Assembly (NCBI GenBank): GCA_963706595.1
Contig: OY970166.1
Coordinates: forward strand, 4,448,001-4,512,000
Length of the DNA: 64,000 nt
Direction of reading: 5' to 3'
Source of the DNA: an uncultured cyanobacterium
GTDB taxonomy: Bacteria > Cyanobacteriota > Cyanobacteriia > Cyanobacteriales > Nostocaceae
The position numbers were made by a program, and so were the translations under genes. Shown piece by piece: positions 61,718 to 64,000 of the stretch. The notes under the pieces were generated by a model. It was not told the DNA's origin and made no database searches. It saw only the letters and a list, made by a program, of their open reading frames with translations. The first letter of the stretch is position 1. Each line of letters begins with the position of its first letter.

Positions 61718-62563
61718 ATGTCCAAAATAGTTATAAACAGAACGCAAAAGACAGCCCAATACTATGTAGAAGATTTGGGCGATGGAATTGGGTTAGATAT
61801 ACTGCTGATTCCTGGGGGTAGTTTTATGATGGGTTCACCAGAGAATGAACTGGAACGCAGGGAATCAGAAAGCCCCCAGCATTTAGTAAATATTCAACAA
61901 TGTTGCATGGGTAAATATCCAATCACTCAACCACAGTGGAAAGCTGTTGCAGCGTTAGCAAAGGTGAATAAAGACCTAGACGCTGACCCCTCTAAATTTA
62001 AGGGTGTAAATAGACCTGTAGATCGAGTCTCTTGGTACGATGCAGTTGAATTTTGTCAGCGTCTTACTGCCTACACAAAAAGGGAGTACCGTCTACCTAG
62101 TGAAGCAGAATGGGAATATGCCTGTCGTGCTGGAACTACTAGCCCATTTCACTTTGGTGAGACAATCACATCAGAATTGGCTAACTATAGAGCTACTGAA
62201 ACTTATGGCAGGGGTGTAAAAGGAATTTATAGAAAGGAGACTACACCTGTGGGCAGTTTTAACGCAGCTAACAACTTTGGACTATACGATATGCACGGAA
62301 ATGTATGGGAATGGTGTCTTGATGATAGGCACGAAAACTATGAAGGAGCGCCAACAGATGGCAGAGCTTGGTTTAATGATAATAATAATGATAATATTTA
62401 CCAAAAAAAAGGAAGATCCTTACTGCGGGGCGGGTCCTGGTACGACAATCCTAGAGGCTGCCGTTCCGCGTCTCGCGGCAGTCTCACTAGGGCGGAGCGC
62501 GACAACCGCAACCACAGTTTTGGTTTTCGTGTTGTTTGCGCTGTTGGGAGGACTTTTAAGTAG
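61718..62563 (+). CDS. Stand-alone FGE-sulfatase (CLec-fold) domain protein; probable DGR target
   Basis: Close paralogue of the C-terminal domain of 58177..61422, sharing RLPSEAEWEYACRAGTTSPFHFGETITSELANY. Confidence 0.85.
   Translation: MSKIVINRTQKTAQYYVEDLGDGIGLDILLIPGGSFMMGSPENELERRESESPQHLVNIQQCCMGKYPITQPQWKAVAALAKVNKDLDADPSKFKGVNRPVDRVSWYDAVEFCQRLTAYTKREYRLPSEAEWEYACRAGTTSPFHFGETITSELANYRATETYGRGVKGIYRKETTPVGSFNAANNFGLYDMHGNVWEWCLDDRHENYEGAPTDGRAWFNDNNNDNIYQKKGRSLLRGGSWYDNPRGCRSASRGSLTRAERDNRNHSFGFRVVCAVGRTFK
62423..62563 (+). repeat. VR-like region 3
   Basis: Encodes LRGGSWYDNPRGCRSASRGSLTRAERDNRNHSFGFRVVCAVGRTFK*; retains AAT/AAC codons. Confidence 0.65.
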
Positions 62564-62581
62564 CCCTTTACACTTCTCCGG

Positions 62582-63217
62582 CTATGTTGTGACGCTCTGC
62601 ATTAGTTGATTTGCCTGGGACGCGATCGCCTGCCAATTTCCTTCTCTAACAAGCTTTTCAGGAAATAATTGACCACTCAAACCCACAGCGATCGCACCAG
62701 CTTGGATAAATTCTGGAGCATTTTCTAAAGTCACTCCCCCAGTGGGAATTAAGGGAATTTCACCCAGTGGACCTTGTAAACTTTTAATATAATTAACTCC
62801 TCCCACAGCTTGCACAGGAAACACCTTCACACAGCTTGCACCCTGATTCCAAGCAGTGACAATTTCTGTGGGAGTCATAGCACCGGGGATAATCGGCACA
62901 TCTTGTTTGACTGCGGCTTGAATCATGGCAGAATCAACGTGAGGGGAGAAGAGAAATTGCGCCCCAGATGCGATCGCCTCTTGCAATTGTCCGACATTAA
63001 ACAGCGTCCCCGTGCCAATGAGACAATTTGGTAACTCCGCCCGTAATAGACTAATTAATTCCCCAGGGCGATCGCTATTCCAGGTAATTTCAATCAGCCG
63101 CATTCCCCCAGCCGCAGCAGCCATAGCCATATTTTGAGCTAACCGCATATCTGAAGCGCGAATAACTGCGATCGCACGGTGTTTTTGCAGATGTGATAAC
63201 CAAACTTGATCAGACAT
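62582..63217 (-). CDS. eda: KHG/KDPG aldolase
   Basis: IAVIR, IEIT, IGTGT, GAMTPTE, VKVFP, PTGGV. Confidence 0.92.
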   Translation of the reverse strand: MSDQVWLSHLQKHRAIAVIRASDMRLAQNMAMAAAAGGMRLIEITWNSDRPGELISLLRAELPNCLIGTGTLFNVGQLQEAIASGAQFLFSPHVDSAMIQAAVKQDVPIIPGAMTPTEIVTAWNQGASCVKVFPVQAVGGVNYIKSLQGPLGEIPLIPTGGVTLENAPEFIQAGAIAVGLSGQLFPEKLVREGNWQAIASQANQLMQSVTT

Positions 63218-63225
63218 TGAATAAA

Positions 63226-63720
63226 AACGTGAGTTCGACGGAACCTAACCCCAACCCCTTCCCACCTCCTATAAGGCTACCGTGTACACACAAGTGGGGA
63301 AATTCTCTTTTGTGTCATAAGACCCCACCCCCAGCCCCTCCCCGCAAGCGAGGAGGGGAGCAGGATTTTTGTTTGAATACTGTTTCTAGGGCTGAAAATT
63401 AGCTCTAGTCCAATTTGTGTATACACCGTAGCTTCCTATAAGGAGGGGGAAAAGGAATAAATAAATAATAGGCTTTTTCAGCCTCTCTCCTCGCAGGGCT
63501 AAGATATACAAACATCCTGAACCCAAGAGAGTTTCTAGTCCTCAAAACAAGATTTCCGCTTAAATATTGTTCCCCTCCTCGCTTGCGGGGAGGGGTTAGG
63601 GGTGGGGTCTTTCCCGACTTGTGTTCTCGCTTGCGGGGAGGGGCTAGGGGTGGGGTCTTATTACACAAAATGGAAGGTACAAGATATGTGTTTTGACTAT
63701 TCCTAGAGGGAGATCCATAC
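63226..63720. repeat. Nested GC-rich palindromic repeats / MITE-like elements
   Basis: Inverted copies of AAGACCCCACCCC..CCCCTCCCCGCAAGCGAG, and the TIR pair GCTACCGTGTACACACAA / TTGTGTATACACCGTAGC. Confidence 0.65.
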
Positions 63721-63886
63721 ATTTAGTATCATGCGACCTTAGCCAGATGGAATCAGAGGTTGAGATTTTTAAGCTGAATATAGTAAGAACCGAAATATAA
63801 CAGGTGTAAAAACCGTATCGAACTTAACTTGCGCGGTGATACGGAATTTAAAACCCGTGCGGGTATTTCTCAATCATTAATTCATT

Positions 63887-64000
63887 ATGGTAGACGCAAC
63901 TATCACCAGCATAGTCGATGCGGTGCGTGGGTATGCCCACCGATTAACAGGCGCAGATCAAGACTACGATCCATTAATGAATTTAATCGGCAACGCGCGT
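63887..64000 (+). CDS. 5' part of a probable erythromycin-esterase-family protein (runs off the right edge of the window)
   Basis: MVDATITSIVDAVRGYAHRLTGADQDYDPLMNLIGNAR...; only 38 codons are visible. Confidence 0.5.
   Translation, partial: MVDATITSIVDAVRGYAHRLTGADQDYDPLMNLIGNAR

Noticed and set aside
61142..62609. Paralogous ORFs 61142..61534 and 62277..62609
   Set aside because: They are alternative frames of the duplicated FGE coding sequence.
63193..63722. ORFs 63193..63402 and 63405..63722
   Set aside because: They are Pro/Gly-rich translations of palindromic repeat elements.

Overview
Chromosomal window from a cyanobacterium, most likely a filamentous Nostocales type (inferred from frequent HIP1 GCGATCGC sites, heptamer tandem repeats, psbK/psbM and nblS). 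The backbone is housekeeping genes (GH13 hydrolase, acyP, prlC, psbM, psbK, tgt, cobS, pepN, nblS, purD, photolyase, eda). Two MoxR/vWA 'ternary' conflict-type loci end in FGE-sulfatase (C-type-lectin-fold) domains with diversity-generating retroelement (DGR) signatures. Locus 1 (about 2.7-8.8 kb, minus strand) has a 128-bp template/variable repeat pair; 13 of its 14 mismatches fall at template adenines. It has no adjacent RT or avd gene, but the template has its own predicted promoter and a structured spacer. Its first two genes, a Bell/HeLo-like helical protein and an iSTAND-like protein, share a Q/N/G-rich motif that looks like an amyloid-signalling sequence. Locus 2 (about 54.4-62.6 kb, plus strand) couples a TIR effector to a VMAP-like protein through a duplicated ~55-aa adaptor domain. 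It ends in two FGE genes whose VR-like tails do not match the template in this window. Also present are an orphan 19-repeat CRISPR array, an intact IS with TIRs and a 6-bp TSD, a PsrR1-like sRNA candidate, a polyprenyl-phospho-pentose glycosylation cluster and several MITE/REP elements. Five single-base frameshifts may be assembly errors. All family assignments come from reading motifs by eye; no searches were run.
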